Shown piece after piece: positions 13,505-25,503 of a stretch of DNA of 49,296 bases. Under the pieces are notes generated by a model. That model saw only the letters and a program-made list of their open reading frames with translations. It was not told the DNA's origin and did no database searches. Both the position numbers and the translations under genes were made by a program. The DNA is from Folioceros fuciformis (taxonomy: Eukaryota). Location of the stretch: the NCBI GenBank assembly GCA_049999805.1, contig JBNGIO010005968.1:1-49296 (forward strand), in the 5' to 3' direction. Numbering within the stretch: the stretch's first letter is position 1; every line of letters starts with the position of its first letter.

Positions 13505-15159
13505 TTAGTAATGGGAGTGAAATTGGTTCAAGCTCAAGTTCACAACGCTGGATGGATTGAACTGCAACGGCGATCCCCAGCCGAGTGAAGCGTCTGGCGT
13601 CCAGGTGATGTCCATCTCGGAAAAGGTGGCGTCCTGTACGTATTCCATGAAGATACCAGCTGTACCGTCGAAATCCACGAGCCCTTGGCAGCCTGGGCGG
13701 TAGTCGTGCTTCCCACCCGGGTACGTTGTGCTGCGTTCCAGCCGCACGGACACGTTTTCGAAGTTGAGGCCGTTCAGGAGGCTGTCCGTGGCCCCCGCTA
13801 GGAAGATGCCGTTCTCGGACGTTGCACTGATGTTGACGAAGCGGACGCCCTGGACGGAGCCCACGCCCGGGGTGGCGGCCTCGCGAGCGCAGGCAGTCAC
13901 GTAGATGGGCTCCGCGCGCCCCCACCAGGAGGGGTCGTAGTAGCGGGTGCTCAGCTTGATGTTGGCGAAGGTCACGTTGCGGACGGAGCCTGGAACAGGG
14001 AGGTGAGGGCGTTGCTTGGTGACTTGCTTGAATTGCAGGTGCGGGATAGGCACGGCCGGGTAACGAGAGTTACCTGAGTCTCGGAGCTGGACTGCGAGGC
14101 CTCGGTGTGAATCCTCGATGAGCAGCTTCTCGAAGTGGAGGTTGGTGAAGTCGTACACGCTTCCACTGCCCAACTTCACTGCACTGGACTTGGTTCTGAT
14201 CCAGCAGTCGGTCACTGTGAGGTTGGTGAGCGGGCCTCTGCTGGTCTTGGGGCAGATGGCGTCGTCCCCCGTGTCAATGTGCACTCGCTGGATGGATGTG
14301 TTGTTGGAGCCCTCGATGTCGATGCCGTCGTTGTTGGGGCAGTTGAAGTCACCGTAAATATCCACGTCCTCTATCGTGACATGGTTGCATAGCACGACGT
14401 GGATGCTGCACTGAAGGGAGGATTAGAGCTGGTTGGGTAGGGCATGGAGGGTGAGAGGGAGGAGATGCGAGGGATTGAATTGAGTACCCACCACCAGTAA
14501 GCAGGCTCACGCAGGTGTATCTTCCCGATACGGACATTGGTGCAGTTGAGGAAGCCCACCAGCCGGGGCCTGCACTCGTCACCGGAGCATGCTCCTGTTT
14601 GGTTCCAGCTCACCATAATGTTCTTCTCCTCCTTGAATTCCGTCACAAACTTGAGGCCTTGTCCGTCGATCACTCCTCCTCCGCTGATGCCTACCTCGTC
14701 CGCGTCCTCGGCCAGGATGAGATACCACCTGGAGGCATCCTCGGGGTAGTCCTGCTGACTGGGGCTGCCCAGGATCGTAGCTCCCTCTGCCACCTGGAGA
14801 GTGACACCGGACTTCAGGAAGATGGTGCCTGTGAGATACGAGCCTGGTGGGAATACAACCAGTCCTCCTCCTGCGCGGGCACAGGAGTCTATGGTGCGCT
14901 GGATGGCAACGGTGTCGTACAGGATGCCATTCCCGGTTGCCCCGTAGTCAGATACAGAGTACACATCCTTCCCGTAGTCTGATACAGAGTGCACCTCTTT
15001 CTGTCTCTGATTGCTCTCAGCCCACCCCAGCCCCAGATCTTGTTTCGTATCACTGCTGTGAAGAGCGATGTGAGGAGAGCTGGGAATGTCAGCCACCGAC
15101 AGCTTGTGAAGCAGATGAAGAGCCACTAGTACAACACAGAACAATCGTTGAGGGCACAT
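13505..15159 (-). CDS. Glycoside hydrolase family 28 (polygalacturonase / pectin lyase-like), 3 coding exons; possible upstream in-frame exon starting near 15416
   Basis: Signal or anchor segment LFCVVLVALHLL; VSDYGATGNG..DT.AIQ.ID.C; FPPGSYLTGTIFLKSGVTL; NNDGIDI; TGDDAICPK; WWGRAEPIYVT. A candidate GT-AG intron at 15254-15355 would join an upstream ATG-containing exon in frame. Confidence 0.92.
14941..14994. repeat. In-frame 30-bp tandem duplication within GH28 (VHSVSDYGKD / VYSVSDYG)
   Basis: CCCGTAGTCnGATACAGAGTnCAC occurs twice with a 30-nt period. Confidence 0.85.
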
Positions 15160-15719
15160 GTTCGCAATTGTACTTTTCAGATCCACTGCTCGACTACCCG
15201 ATCTATTACCTCCCGGGCCGCCGCGGCCTGATATGATTATATAACAGGAGCTTCTGCAAAATGCAACAAGCAAGCACTCCTAACTTGATACAGCTGAACC
15301 TTCCAAGTCAAGAAACAATCAATACAAGGCGTAAGGACGGTGCAAAACTCCTCACCTGTGAGCTTTAGGCTGGCAATGCGGCGAACGCTGCAACATGTCA
15401 GGAATTGCATAGGTCATCTGCTCACATGCAGGCGCAACCAAGTTAGTCCACAAACAACCAACGGCTCCATGACATAGGGGCCAGAGAGCAAACGGAAAAA
15501 CTGTGATGTGAGCAAAGCACCTCGGATCGCCAGTGCGAAACATTTCGCACCTTCTGCTGAAACAGCTTAGAAACCCTCTCATTGACGCAAAGGCTGACAC
15601 AAACAGGCGTGCGGGATGGAGTGATCTCCGGCTGTACGGGATGTCCGATCGAAGAACTGGCCAACCACCACAAAGAACCTGCTCGGCGCGAAGAGAGTCG
15701 CAACAGGATAACGATACCA

Positions 15720-18326
15720 CTACCCCTTAGCGCACGCGTCTTTGCCCGGCTGTGGTTTCAGGTTCAGGAAATCAGATCGAGCCAGGTAAAATGCCACAAT
15801 GTCTGCATCCGCTTCAGCGTTACCGGTGACCATTATTTCCTTCCTGTCCACCTTCGTGGAGCCATTCAAGCATTGTGACGTGACTTTCTTCTGTCTCCTC
15901 CTTCTCCCGTCCTCCTCTGAGACTGAAAGGCCGTTCGCAGACCAAGCCCTGCCATCCCTCCTGTCAGCGCCATGCATGCTTGCAGGCCAAGCTGGTTCGT
16001 AGCCGTGGCACGTTGATCGAGAGCTCAAACTTGGAGTCCTCAATCCGTCTTGATTCTCCACAGGCATGATACTGCCTCCAGAGCCCTTGCTCGCTTCCAA
16101 AGGTGCGTGCAAAGAGACATCTGTGGAAACCGCGGAAGCGGTAGAGCATGCTGAAAGTGAGAGTGGATGATCCAGACTCCCGTCCCCTCCCGCCGTCAAG
16201 CTTCCATGCTTATTATGCGCATTCACAGGACCTTGCAAGAGCCCTAACCAAGTCTCAAAGTCGGTATGTAGCTTCACGCGACTTCGTTCTAACAGGGTAT
16301 GCAAATGCTCAACCTCCTTCTTCAAATCTCGTAGTTTCGTAAACCCGTCTCTGTAAACTCGTTTCTCAGCATCAATAGATCCGATCAATTCATCGTCCTC
16401 ACCATAGTGCTCTGTGTTTCCTTGGTCCTTCCCCTCTATCAGATTCTGCATTGCGCGATCCACTCGTTGCTTTTCTATCTTCGTCTTCAAAGAAGTGATG
16501 TTTTCCCTTGCTTTGTTCACCGCATCACCAAGAGCCTTGGCTTCCTGGTACTTCTGTTTGAGAATGGCCTTGTTCTCGTTTATGGAACTCATGCTTGGAT
16601 AATTAGAGCAAAAAATCTCGAAACATTGCTTTCTACCAAAAAGTAGTTTATTCCTTGGACTTGAGCCAGAGCTTTCAATACTAGGTCTAGGAGAGTTCAA
16701 TCCTTGTAACACATTATTCACTCTAGTATCCACATCTGATGACTCTCCATGTGCTGCAGGTTCATGAATTTGCAGTTTTGACATGAAGTCTAATTTTTCA
16801 GTATCATTACCTAATTCATTTTGACGCTTCCTTATGAAAGAGACAAGGATATTGATCTCATTGTCTCTTTGTTGAATTTCATACTTCAAATTTTGAATTT
16901 GTTTCCACAAATCAAAGGCATTGCTTTGAGCAATGTCATTACTTTCGAGGCAAGCTCCAGCAGGCTGATCCTTTACATCTCTTGAGTCCTTGATTAAGGA
17001 CTTGAAGATACGGAAAGCGTTTTTTATGTAGAACATGCTAGATCCACAATTCAACTGACCATCCTGTGAATCATCACTTATGAAAGTGAGAATTTCTTTC
17101 CTAATTTGCTCAACATCATCGGCTGTCTTGGAGCACTCTACCATTTTATCCTCACTAGTAGCCTTCAACAATGCAATCTCATCTTTGAGATCAAGTATTT
17201 CTTGCTTCAATCTTTTTATCAGTAATGTAGGATCTATTTCCTCATTGATCTCCACCTTATTAGACACCATAGCCACACGCTGTGCAAATCGGCAAGTCGA
17301 GATTGTTTCCTCTAATTGATCTTGTGCTACACTCACGGTGGCTATCATCACAGTTTTGCAATTCCCACCCAAGGAATCTCGGAGCATAGATGTCATCATG
17401 GAATTTCGATATGGAATATGGTTACGATGCTTGCCCTGACTTCTTTCTTGCAAGGCTATGATTACTTGTTCCAAGAAGTGTAGTGATAAATTGATGTACT
17501 TAGCTTCCTTCAAAATCTGACCATCAACTTTTGTCTTGCTTACTCTCTCTGACCCGGCAAGATCAACTAAGTGTAGCTTAGATCGTCTTACAATGTCCTC
17601 TCCCGCTTTACGAGCCTCAATAGTTGCTGTGAAGATACAGTGAGATCTGCTACTTGCCATGTTCATAGGTGTAGCGCTGATCATTCTGTTGGTGTCACCC
17701 ACAAACAACAAATTCAAAGCTTCTTCCTCGTTTGAGGCCAAATGCATTGATAGGTTCCGCAAGTGGATGCAGTTATCATCGTCTTCCATTAAAGTCACTT
17801 TGGGAAGATCTTCCAAGGACTTGGTTTCATGATCTGGGTCAAGGAGATCATACCCTGTTTCATTGTAGATTTCAAGATAGGAGAAATGCACAATGTAAGT
17901 ATATTCAGTTCTTTTTGCTAAGTCACTGAATATGAGAGAAATAGAGCGAGGTATCACACCCCTATCCACATATCTTTCTGCTCCTCCAGTAATTGTGTAG
18001 GTCTTTCCAGATCCTGTCTGACCATAAGCAAAGATGGTGCCATTGTATCCATCTAGTGCTCCTAGTACCACTTTGTGAGCCACTGTTTCAAAGATTGTGT
18101 CCTGCTTTGTGTCCATGTCGAAAATGCTTGTGAAACTAAAGTTGTAATGCTCTCTTTGATGATTTATCATCCCTAGTTGGGCTTGTCGAGGAATAGACCA
18201 TTGCACACAAGTTTTGTCTTCATCCAATTTGTAGGTAGATGCTCCTGCTGTGGCATGTGGGCGCATTCTGAGATATATTTCAATATTGCTGTTAAAACCA
18301 CCACCTTCTCCTTGAGGAGCTCCCAT
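15720..18326 (-). CDS. KIF6: Kinesin-9 family motor, KIF6-like, single exon, 868 aa
   Basis: P-loop GYNGTIFAYGQTGSGKT; TGGAERY.DRG.IPR; SYLEIYNE.GYDLLDP.HE..SLEDLPKVT; GDTNRMI..TPMN..SSRSH; LVDLAGSER; EAKYINLSLHFLEQVIIAL; HIPYRNSMMT. These closely match KIF6 as recalled. The C-terminus is coiled coil. Confidence 0.93.
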   Translation of the reverse strand: MGAPQGEGGGFNSNIEIYLRMRPHATAGASTYKLDEDKTCVQWSIPRQAQLGMINHQREHYNFSFTSIFDMDTKQDTIFETVAHKVVLGALDGYNGTIFAYGQTGSGKTYTITGGAERYVDRGVIPRSISLIFSDLAKRTEYTYIVHFSYLEIYNETGYDLLDPDHETKSLEDLPKVTLMEDDDNCIHLRNLSMHLASNEEEALNLLFVGDTNRMISATPMNMASSRSHCIFTATIEARKAGEDIVRRSKLHLVDLAGSERVSKTKVDGQILKEAKYINLSLHFLEQVIIALQERSQGKHRNHIPYRNSMMTSMLRDSLGGNCKTVMIATVSVAQDQLEETISTCRFAQRVAMVSNKVEINEEIDPTLLIKRLKQEILDLKDEIALLKATSEDKMVECSKTADDVEQIRKEILTFISDDSQDGQLNCGSSMFYIKNAFRIFKSLIKDSRDVKDQPAGACLESNDIAQSNAFDLWKQIQNLKYEIQQRDNEINILVSFIRKRQNELGNDTEKLDFMSKLQIHEPAAHGESSDVDTRVNNVLQGLNSPRPSIESSGSSPRNKLLFGRKQCFEIFCSNYPSMSSINENKAILKQKYQEAKALGDAVNKARENITSLKTKIEKQRVDRAMQNLIEGKDQGNTEHYGEDDELIGSIDAEKRVYRDGFTKLRDLKKEVEHLHTLLERSRVKLHTDFETWLGLLQGPVNAHNKHGSLTAGGDGSLDHPLSLSACSTASAVSTDVSLHAPLEASKGSGGSIMPVENQDGLRTPSLSSRSTCHGYEPAWPASMHGADRRDGRAWSANGLSVSEEDGRRRRQKKVTSQCLNGSTKVDRKEIMVTGNAEADADIVAFYLARSDFLNLKPQPGKDACAKG

Positions 18327-18849
18327 TGTAATAGAAGCAAAGAGGAAGATAATTCAACTAGCTCACTTCACACCATTGAATCTTGGAGACAACAACAGCA
18401 ACAAAATCGTAAGAACAAGATGTAACTACAATGTGGGCAAGAGAGGTATGAAAAAAAAGGGAAAGGAAAAGGAGAGGAGACTTTTTGGGCCACATTCGTG
18501 TGCCTTGTCAACTGAAGTGGTGAAAAGTCACCCAGAAGAGAGAGAGGGAAAGGGGAAAAAGAGTCTAAATACATACATACGTACATACGTTGATATGTAT
18601 ATCACGAAGGCTGTACCAATTCCACTTTCAGGCGACTGGGAAACGAGGGCAACGGCCAGCCAACTGCCCTTTTCCCGCTCTTCTTTGTGATGGTCGAAGT
18701 GTGTTTCCGGCTTCCTTGCATCAGGGTAGCCTGGAAACAACGGTTGCGTTCGACGCGTTGCATTTTGCTGAGACGGTGTCTTCGGGGCACGTGATTCGCA
18801 GATGCTGGACATCGCCGTGACGTAGAGCGTGGAACGGAAACCAATTTGC
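18327..18849. promoter_or_regulatory. Putative bidirectional promoter between KIF6 and the FAM184-like gene
   Basis: About 520 bp between divergent start codons. Contains AACGGTT at 18739-18745, a MYB-type site. Confidence 0.55.
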
Positions 18850-21800
18850 ATGATGGCGCAGCAAGAGCCGAAGTATGCTTGGAAAACTCTGGAGGAAAGA
18901 ATGGGGCAAAAGCTTCTTCAGCTCACAAATCTTGCGGATCATTTTGCGTCCTACCCGTCTGACGGCTCGGAGGCTGCCTACCAGGTCCTGTTCAAGGCTC
19001 GTCAAGGCATCTCTGCAATGTATGCACCTTTACCGAGACTCATTGCGTTCTGTAGCTGGAATCTACAGGGTTTAGCTGAGCAGAATGACTGTGAGATTGA
19101 AGAGATTTTGAAGGAGACGGCAAGTCGGATCAGGATGTTCAAGACCGATTTGCAGATCCAGATCCAGGAAAGAAAAACTCAAGAATTTGTTAAGGTACAG
19201 GCGTTTGAACTGGCGTTGAAATATCGTCTTTGGTGCCTCGTTGGTGACCTAGTATTCGGTTGCAGGAGGCTAAAGCAATGGAGGAATCACTGAAGAGGGT
19301 TGCTGAGGAGAAGTATCAGTCGTATGAAAGGTGCTACGGCTTCATGGTTTTAGTCTTGCGTTGATGTGCTTTTGGAAGACAAGGGCAGCTCTTCCATGGG
19401 CTCTCAATGTTCTCTGCAAAGGCACAGAAGGAGGTTAGGGTTAGTAAGCTGAGTGTGCGGTTTTTGGTTGTAGGGAAATAATGCAGCTCAAGAGTGAGCT
19501 TAGTGAGCAAGCTGAGAAGTCAAAGCAGTCTGAGCAACTGCTGACGGTACAGTTCTAGGTGCTTCATTCCGATGCTTGTGTATGGTAGTCTTGTGAGCAC
19601 TACACCTCAAGCAAGAAAACGTCACAAATTACAGGGGTAGCTGATAGCCTGTCTGCTTTCTGACCAGGGAATGCATGAAAAGAAGGAGCAGCGGGAGCAA
19701 GAGGCACGTAGTGTCAATCGGTATCCGTTGCTTGCAAGCCTTATTGTCCACTGCACGGTACATGACATTTGAAATTTTAACTTCACCAGATCGAAGAGGA
19801 ACAGAAGAGACACAAGGAAGAGATTGCAGTGATTTTGGACAGATGCCAAAGACAAGTCGAAGCCACAGAACAAATATTCGCAAATCGAGAAATGCAATCT
19901 CAAGACCAAGCGAAAAGGGAGATCGCTCAATCCGTGGAGGTCTCACACTGTTGTCCACAATCCTTCGTACTATCCACGTCCTTTGTAACCACTTCCTTCT
20001 TGCTGGTAAACTCTAAGCAGTCCAATCTTCTTGTGCGTCAGGTACTCAAGGCTGTGCATGCTGAGGAAATTGAGCATTTGAAGGTACTTTCATCAGCATT
20101 TTGGATTGAATAACTCGGCCTCCACTAGGGCTGGGCCCTCTTCATGTTGCTCAATTGAATCGTACAAGAGCGTTTCTGGCAGATGGAGAACAAGGAGTAT
20201 GTTGAGCAGCTGTGCAAAAAGCATTCCGCGTTAGAGTTGAGTCTCCGAGAGAAGGTGAGCTCCACTCCTGTACAACCTACTCACGAGTTGGCTTTTGTGG
20301 AAACATCTCAGTTGGTGTGGCACAGTACGCACAATCCTGGATGTTGCTTTTAAGTTCACAGCATCTCGAATCAACACGCAGGAGGCTTCCATCAAAAAAG
20401 AGTTGGAGATCAGCAGCCAAGAGAAGGACAACATACGCCAGGACGTGGATGCTTTACGCCTGCAGTTGAGGGAAGCTCATGACATGTTGCAGGACACTAG
20501 TTTAAGATTAGCTGAGGTAGGCAGCATGTCACCTACGGGCCATCTCTCACAATAATCCGGGCATAAGTATTGATAATTGATTAATGTGTCCACCTGCAGA
20601 ACAAAGATTTTAAGGATGCTCTAGAGATCTCGTATTCAACGTTGAAAAGAGAAAGCTCAGACACGGTGTATTACCGGGACCTTCATGATACTTGGTTTCT
20701 ATGGCCGTAACCGGAAATCAGTGTCCAATTTGTGCTGACAGGTTGATTGGTTGTACCTTTGTATTAGACAGATAGAGAAGTTACGAGTCTCTTTGAAGGA
20801 AGTGCAAACTGTTTCAACAACCCTTGAATCTGAGAAAAAGAAGGCAGTGTAAGCATCCTTCTCACTTATAGCTGCTGCCTTTGTGTGTCTCCGCTTTTTC
20901 GTCGCGTGATCCAGGCAAGCCACTCTGACTTTGCTGAATTTTCATCATTTTCAGTGAAATGAAAGCTGCATATACGTCAACTATTGGAGCATTGGTATTG
21001 TCTCGACATTGTCCTCTTTTCAGGCATTCGTACACAGACCTCAAGCGTCCTGACCAATTTGCGTTTCAGGAAAGTAAAACCCTTGCATTGCAAAAGGATG
21101 TAACAAACTTGACGACAGCCTGTGCATTGGCTGAGGAGGAGCTGCAACAATATAAGACAAGGGTGTGTGTGACATACGCCTGCGAAGAGTACAGGCTTGA
21201 TGCAGGCTTACCTTGCCAGCCTTGTTCCAAACTTCCTCATGGATTGCAATTTTACAAAGGACTTCTGTTTCTAATGGATTTACGATCCAGGTCGATGAGT
21301 TGCAATTCACTCTGGCTACCAGTCGAAAGGACCATAACAATGCATCGATGGAAGTGCGGCGACTTCGGGAGGAGGTAGACGGGTCCCTTCCAAGCATTCT
21401 TTTTGGAATCCATGTCATAGGATGATGTATCAATTACTTAGTACGCTGCAATGCCCACTGCTGAGCCTCCCTGACCACCGATGAGTGCAGGTCAGAACAG
21501 CAAACGATTCATTGGCCAAGGCAAAGGGAGACCTCACGAGAAAAGAGGCGGAGGCTATCACCAAGTGTAATGCTCTCTCAGCAGAAATATCTGCTCTTCA
21601 GCTTGAAAGGCTCGCGCAGGTAGTAGCGCTTCAGGACGCCTTTTGTCTTTAAACTTTCCACAGTCGGTAGACATACAACTTCCCGAAAGCCTGACGCCCT
21701 TGCATTTGGCTACTTCCAGAGCGAGCAAACAGCTAATCATGTTAAGGAGCTCATGGAGTTAAAACTAAAGCAGCAGATGTCGAATCACGAGTCCACCATG

Positions 21801-24800
21801 AACAGTGTACACAAGGCATATCTGCTGCAGGTGAGCCAACTTTGTACGTCTAACCGCTTGACCCAATTTTCCCCCGTTTGCAATTTAACTTTGGAGCCTT
21901 TTACAATCTGAGATATCCCTGTGTATGGACATTATAGCCGGTGCATTTCGTACCATGACTGCAGCTGGATGAGCAAAAGAAAGGTGCCAAAGTTCAGTGT
22001 GCATCGTTGGAGGAGTCCCTACGAAAGAAGTGGAGTAAGTTCGTGTCAGTTGTGTTGGTCTAGTGTTCTTCTGTTGTTGTACAGGAAACTAATATGCAGG
22101 CTTTATTGGTGGCTTAGAATTAAATGTACATTGCAGAGCAGTCGGAAGCAAAAGCCAAGGATCATTACGCCAAGTTTGCACAGGCATTTGAGATGAGGTT
22201 GGAGCAACAAAGGTCAAGGTCTGCAGACTTGATTGCACTATATGAGGGAAAGGCATGTCTTTCACCCATTAGCGAAACTATTGTTGAGAAAGGGTGGGTC
22301 ATCAATTAGATATGTTTACAGAAGACGACGTGCTTGTATTTGCGGCAGCTGACCTTTTGAAACACTCACAAAATACACTCCGTGATATCAGGTCAGTAAG
22401 CTTCAAGAAAATCTTGACGGTCTTGAGAGCGTAGGAAACCGTCTGGGAAATGATTTTCAAGCTCTACAGAAGCAGGCAATTAAGCAGACACAAGAATCTA
22501 AACAGGTAAGCGCAGCATGCTTTGCACATGATCTGACAACGGCTACTTGACATAGTCTGATTTGCCATTTGTCCATAGATGTGTTCAGCCCTTACACGAC
22601 AACTGAAGGACTCACAAAGAAAGTGTGAACAGCTGCAGCAAAGTCTTTGTGAATTACAAAATCAGGTAATTCTCTCAGTAGGATTATATTTTTCATGCAC
22701 ATTGATACCACGCCCTACTGAAGATTTGTGAACTGTGGTTTGTTAATGTCTTAAGTATGAATCTAAAACACTAGAGCAAGCAGCTGTCATTGAGAACCTC
22801 AGAGTAGAGGTTGAGAAACATGTCCAAGCTGCGGTGCTGTCTTCGAAGCAAGAAGAATCTTTCATCTCTGAGATCAAAGAGTAAATTCCATCAACTCCTA
22901 TCACTCATCGCGCGGCTAGAAAGATATAATCGAACAAAACTGGATAGTGTGTGCTATCAATGCCATTCTTTGGATAGTTCTGAGACCTAAATGTTGCAGA
23001 GGATGGGTTGGAGTGTTACAGACTGAAGGAGAAGTTACTCGGTATGCAGCTGGAGCATGAGAAAAAACTTGAGTTGACAATCCAATCGTACGAGGTGGAA
23101 TTCATGCTCTTGCAAAGCGTAGTTGATCCCTGCAGCAGTGTATAGCAGCAAGGATCATAATGCACTGTTCGCATTCTACTCTAATCACCGTACAGTGCGC
23201 TGTGCTGATACAAATGGTTCGCGCTTGTAGGCAGAACTGTCGGAGGTTCGCAAGAAGTCGAGGATGGAAGAGGTACGCTGGTGTAGCACACATGCTGGTA
23301 GTCTCACAGGAGACTGGGAGTATTGTCCTTGATGTGTAAAGCCGTCGTCTTTGATCGTAATGACAGTGCTTTTGTCATGCGACCCTTTTCTTCAACTACG
23401 CAGGAGGACAGGAACGCAAAGTTTCAAGATACCCTGCAGTGTCATTTCGACAGAGAAGCGGCGGAGCTTCACGCAGAGATGAAGCGTATGGCCAAACAGC
23501 ATGAAAGCATTATTCTTGAGCAAAAGGCCTCTCTTTGTGCTGCTGCGGAGGAACATAAAGCTCTGGTTTTGGCTCACCAACTTGAATTGGAGGTAGTTTT
23601 CTGGAAACTAGAGTAGAAAGCCGATCGTGCAGAAAGCTAGTGCACCTTTGAATTTGAGAAGAGGCTGGCTGGTGGTGACGTCTCAATCTGTTTCCAGACG
23701 GGAAGCCAACAAGATGTTGCATTCGGGTTTCATTAAGTCTTTCTGGCTTCAGTGCAGATGCTCTTAAAGAAATCAGAGGAGGAGAACAAAGCCCATGTTG
23801 ATGCGTTATCAGCAGCTGAAGCCATGTCAGCAGCTGTTACAGAAGTTTCGCAGAGAGCCTGGCGAGACTTAGAGCTTCAACGTCGCGAACACTCCTTGCA
23901 AATCCACGAGCTTTCTGAGAAGCACGAGCAGGAGANNNNNNNNNNNNNNNNNNNNNNNNNNNNNNNNNNNNNNNNNNNNNNNNNNNNNNNNNNNNNNNNN
24001 NNNNNNNNNNNNNNNNNNNNNNNNNNNNNNNNNNNAGAGAAAGATAAGGTAGAATCCTCAGGTGGTCACTAAGTGGGTGCCCCACGTATCCTTCAGAAAA
24101 CTGTGCTCTAATTCTGTGTATAATTTCGCCCTGGCGTGCTGCTGCTGTCAGATTGTAGCGGAGAACAAGCGAATTGTCAACCAGTTCCAAATTCAAATTG
24201 CTGACCTGGAGAAGACAGCAGCTCAGCAGGTGTGGTCTCATTAGCTGGCGACTTGCAACCCAATGGACACACAGTAGGCCTCGCACTGAAATCATGATGT
24301 GAAATGTGCCGCAGGACCGAAGAGTTTCTCTCATGGATGCTGAGAATAAATTGCTGATGGAGCAACTTGCTTCTGCTCAGCATATGAACCAAGAGCTAGC
24401 TGAGAAGTCGGTATCAGCAGAGCTACTTGTTTATTCATGAGCCCACGCTTTGTGTCGGACTTTCTGTCACGCAATACTTTATACACCTGAAATCAGTCCT
24501 CTAATGGCATGAGCACGCGTTTGCAGCTCGGAAGAGCAGATATCAACTCTGCAGAGAGACTTTACATTGAGGACTAATGAATTGCAATCACAACATGCAG
24601 CAGAGTTCGATGCGTGCCAAGATCGGCATAATGCACAGATTGCCAGCCTTCAGCAAGAGTTTGAGAGCAGCAAGGTGCCCAATTCCCCGATTTGGTTCCG
24701 AGGTCCATAATGTGGATGTTATCTTGTGGATATGATACCAGCCAATTGCTGGGTGCAGGCTTCTTTGAATGACAGCCTGCAGAAGGTCCAAGACGAACTC

Positions 24801-25503
24801 GAGAGGCTACAGGTCAGTTGACTGTCCTGCCATCCATCCGCTACCCTGACATTCCCGACTTTATCCTTCCTCCTCTGCCTTTCTCCAAGAGAATCACCTT
24901 AGTTACTGACGTTACCACTGGTCGGTTGTTCCAGGAAAGGTTTTACAGCAAGGAGTCAAACCCTGCTGATTTAAGGCGAATAGCCGATCTTCAGAAGACT
25001 TGCGCCAAGAAGGACACAGAGTATCAAAAGATTTATGGTAAATTTATTTCTCCATGATCTTGCGAGGCCCCGATGATCGTGCCATTTCTCTTCTAAGCGC
25101 AATGCGTGCGACATAAACAGACGAGGCCAGGACTCTAAAGCTTGAGATTGTCAACCGTGAGGAGAACTACAACAAGGTGTTTGGCAACTCTCCCGTTGTC
25201 CTGCAGGTGAGCGACTGCTCTTGTATAACTAGCCAGACTACTCCGCTCAATGTACAAACTCTGTCTTCAACAACTGCTCCCCCTTACTACCGTGGCTCAC
25301 AGGGCGCTCCTGGCTGGTTCAAGCCGAAGTGCACCAAGCAGAGTAGCGGACGAAGGATGCCCGATTCAGTACTGAAGCCACCCCCTCCTCCCCACCCGAT
25401 GATCAGAACTCCCGATAGAGCAGCTTCGCAGACACCCGATGGATCCAGCTCTAGATCTAGAACACCAGATAGTGTATCCCGGCGTTGCAATCGTGATCAG
25501 TGA
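18850..25503 (+). CDS. Long coiled-coil protein, FAM184-like, many short exons (contains gap 23936-24035)
   Basis: N-terminal RMGQKLLQLT...EIEEILKETASRIRMFK resembles FAM184 KMSKKIAQLT...EIQQILAET. C-terminal FYSKESNPADL...LKLEIVNREENYNKVFGNSP resembles FAM184 LELVNRETNFNKVFNSSP. The exons between are E/K/Q/L-rich heptads bounded by splice sites. The last exon, 25303-25503, is Pro/Ser-rich. Confidence 0.75.
23936..24035. other. Assembly gap (100 N)
   Basis: Run of N. Confidence 1.
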
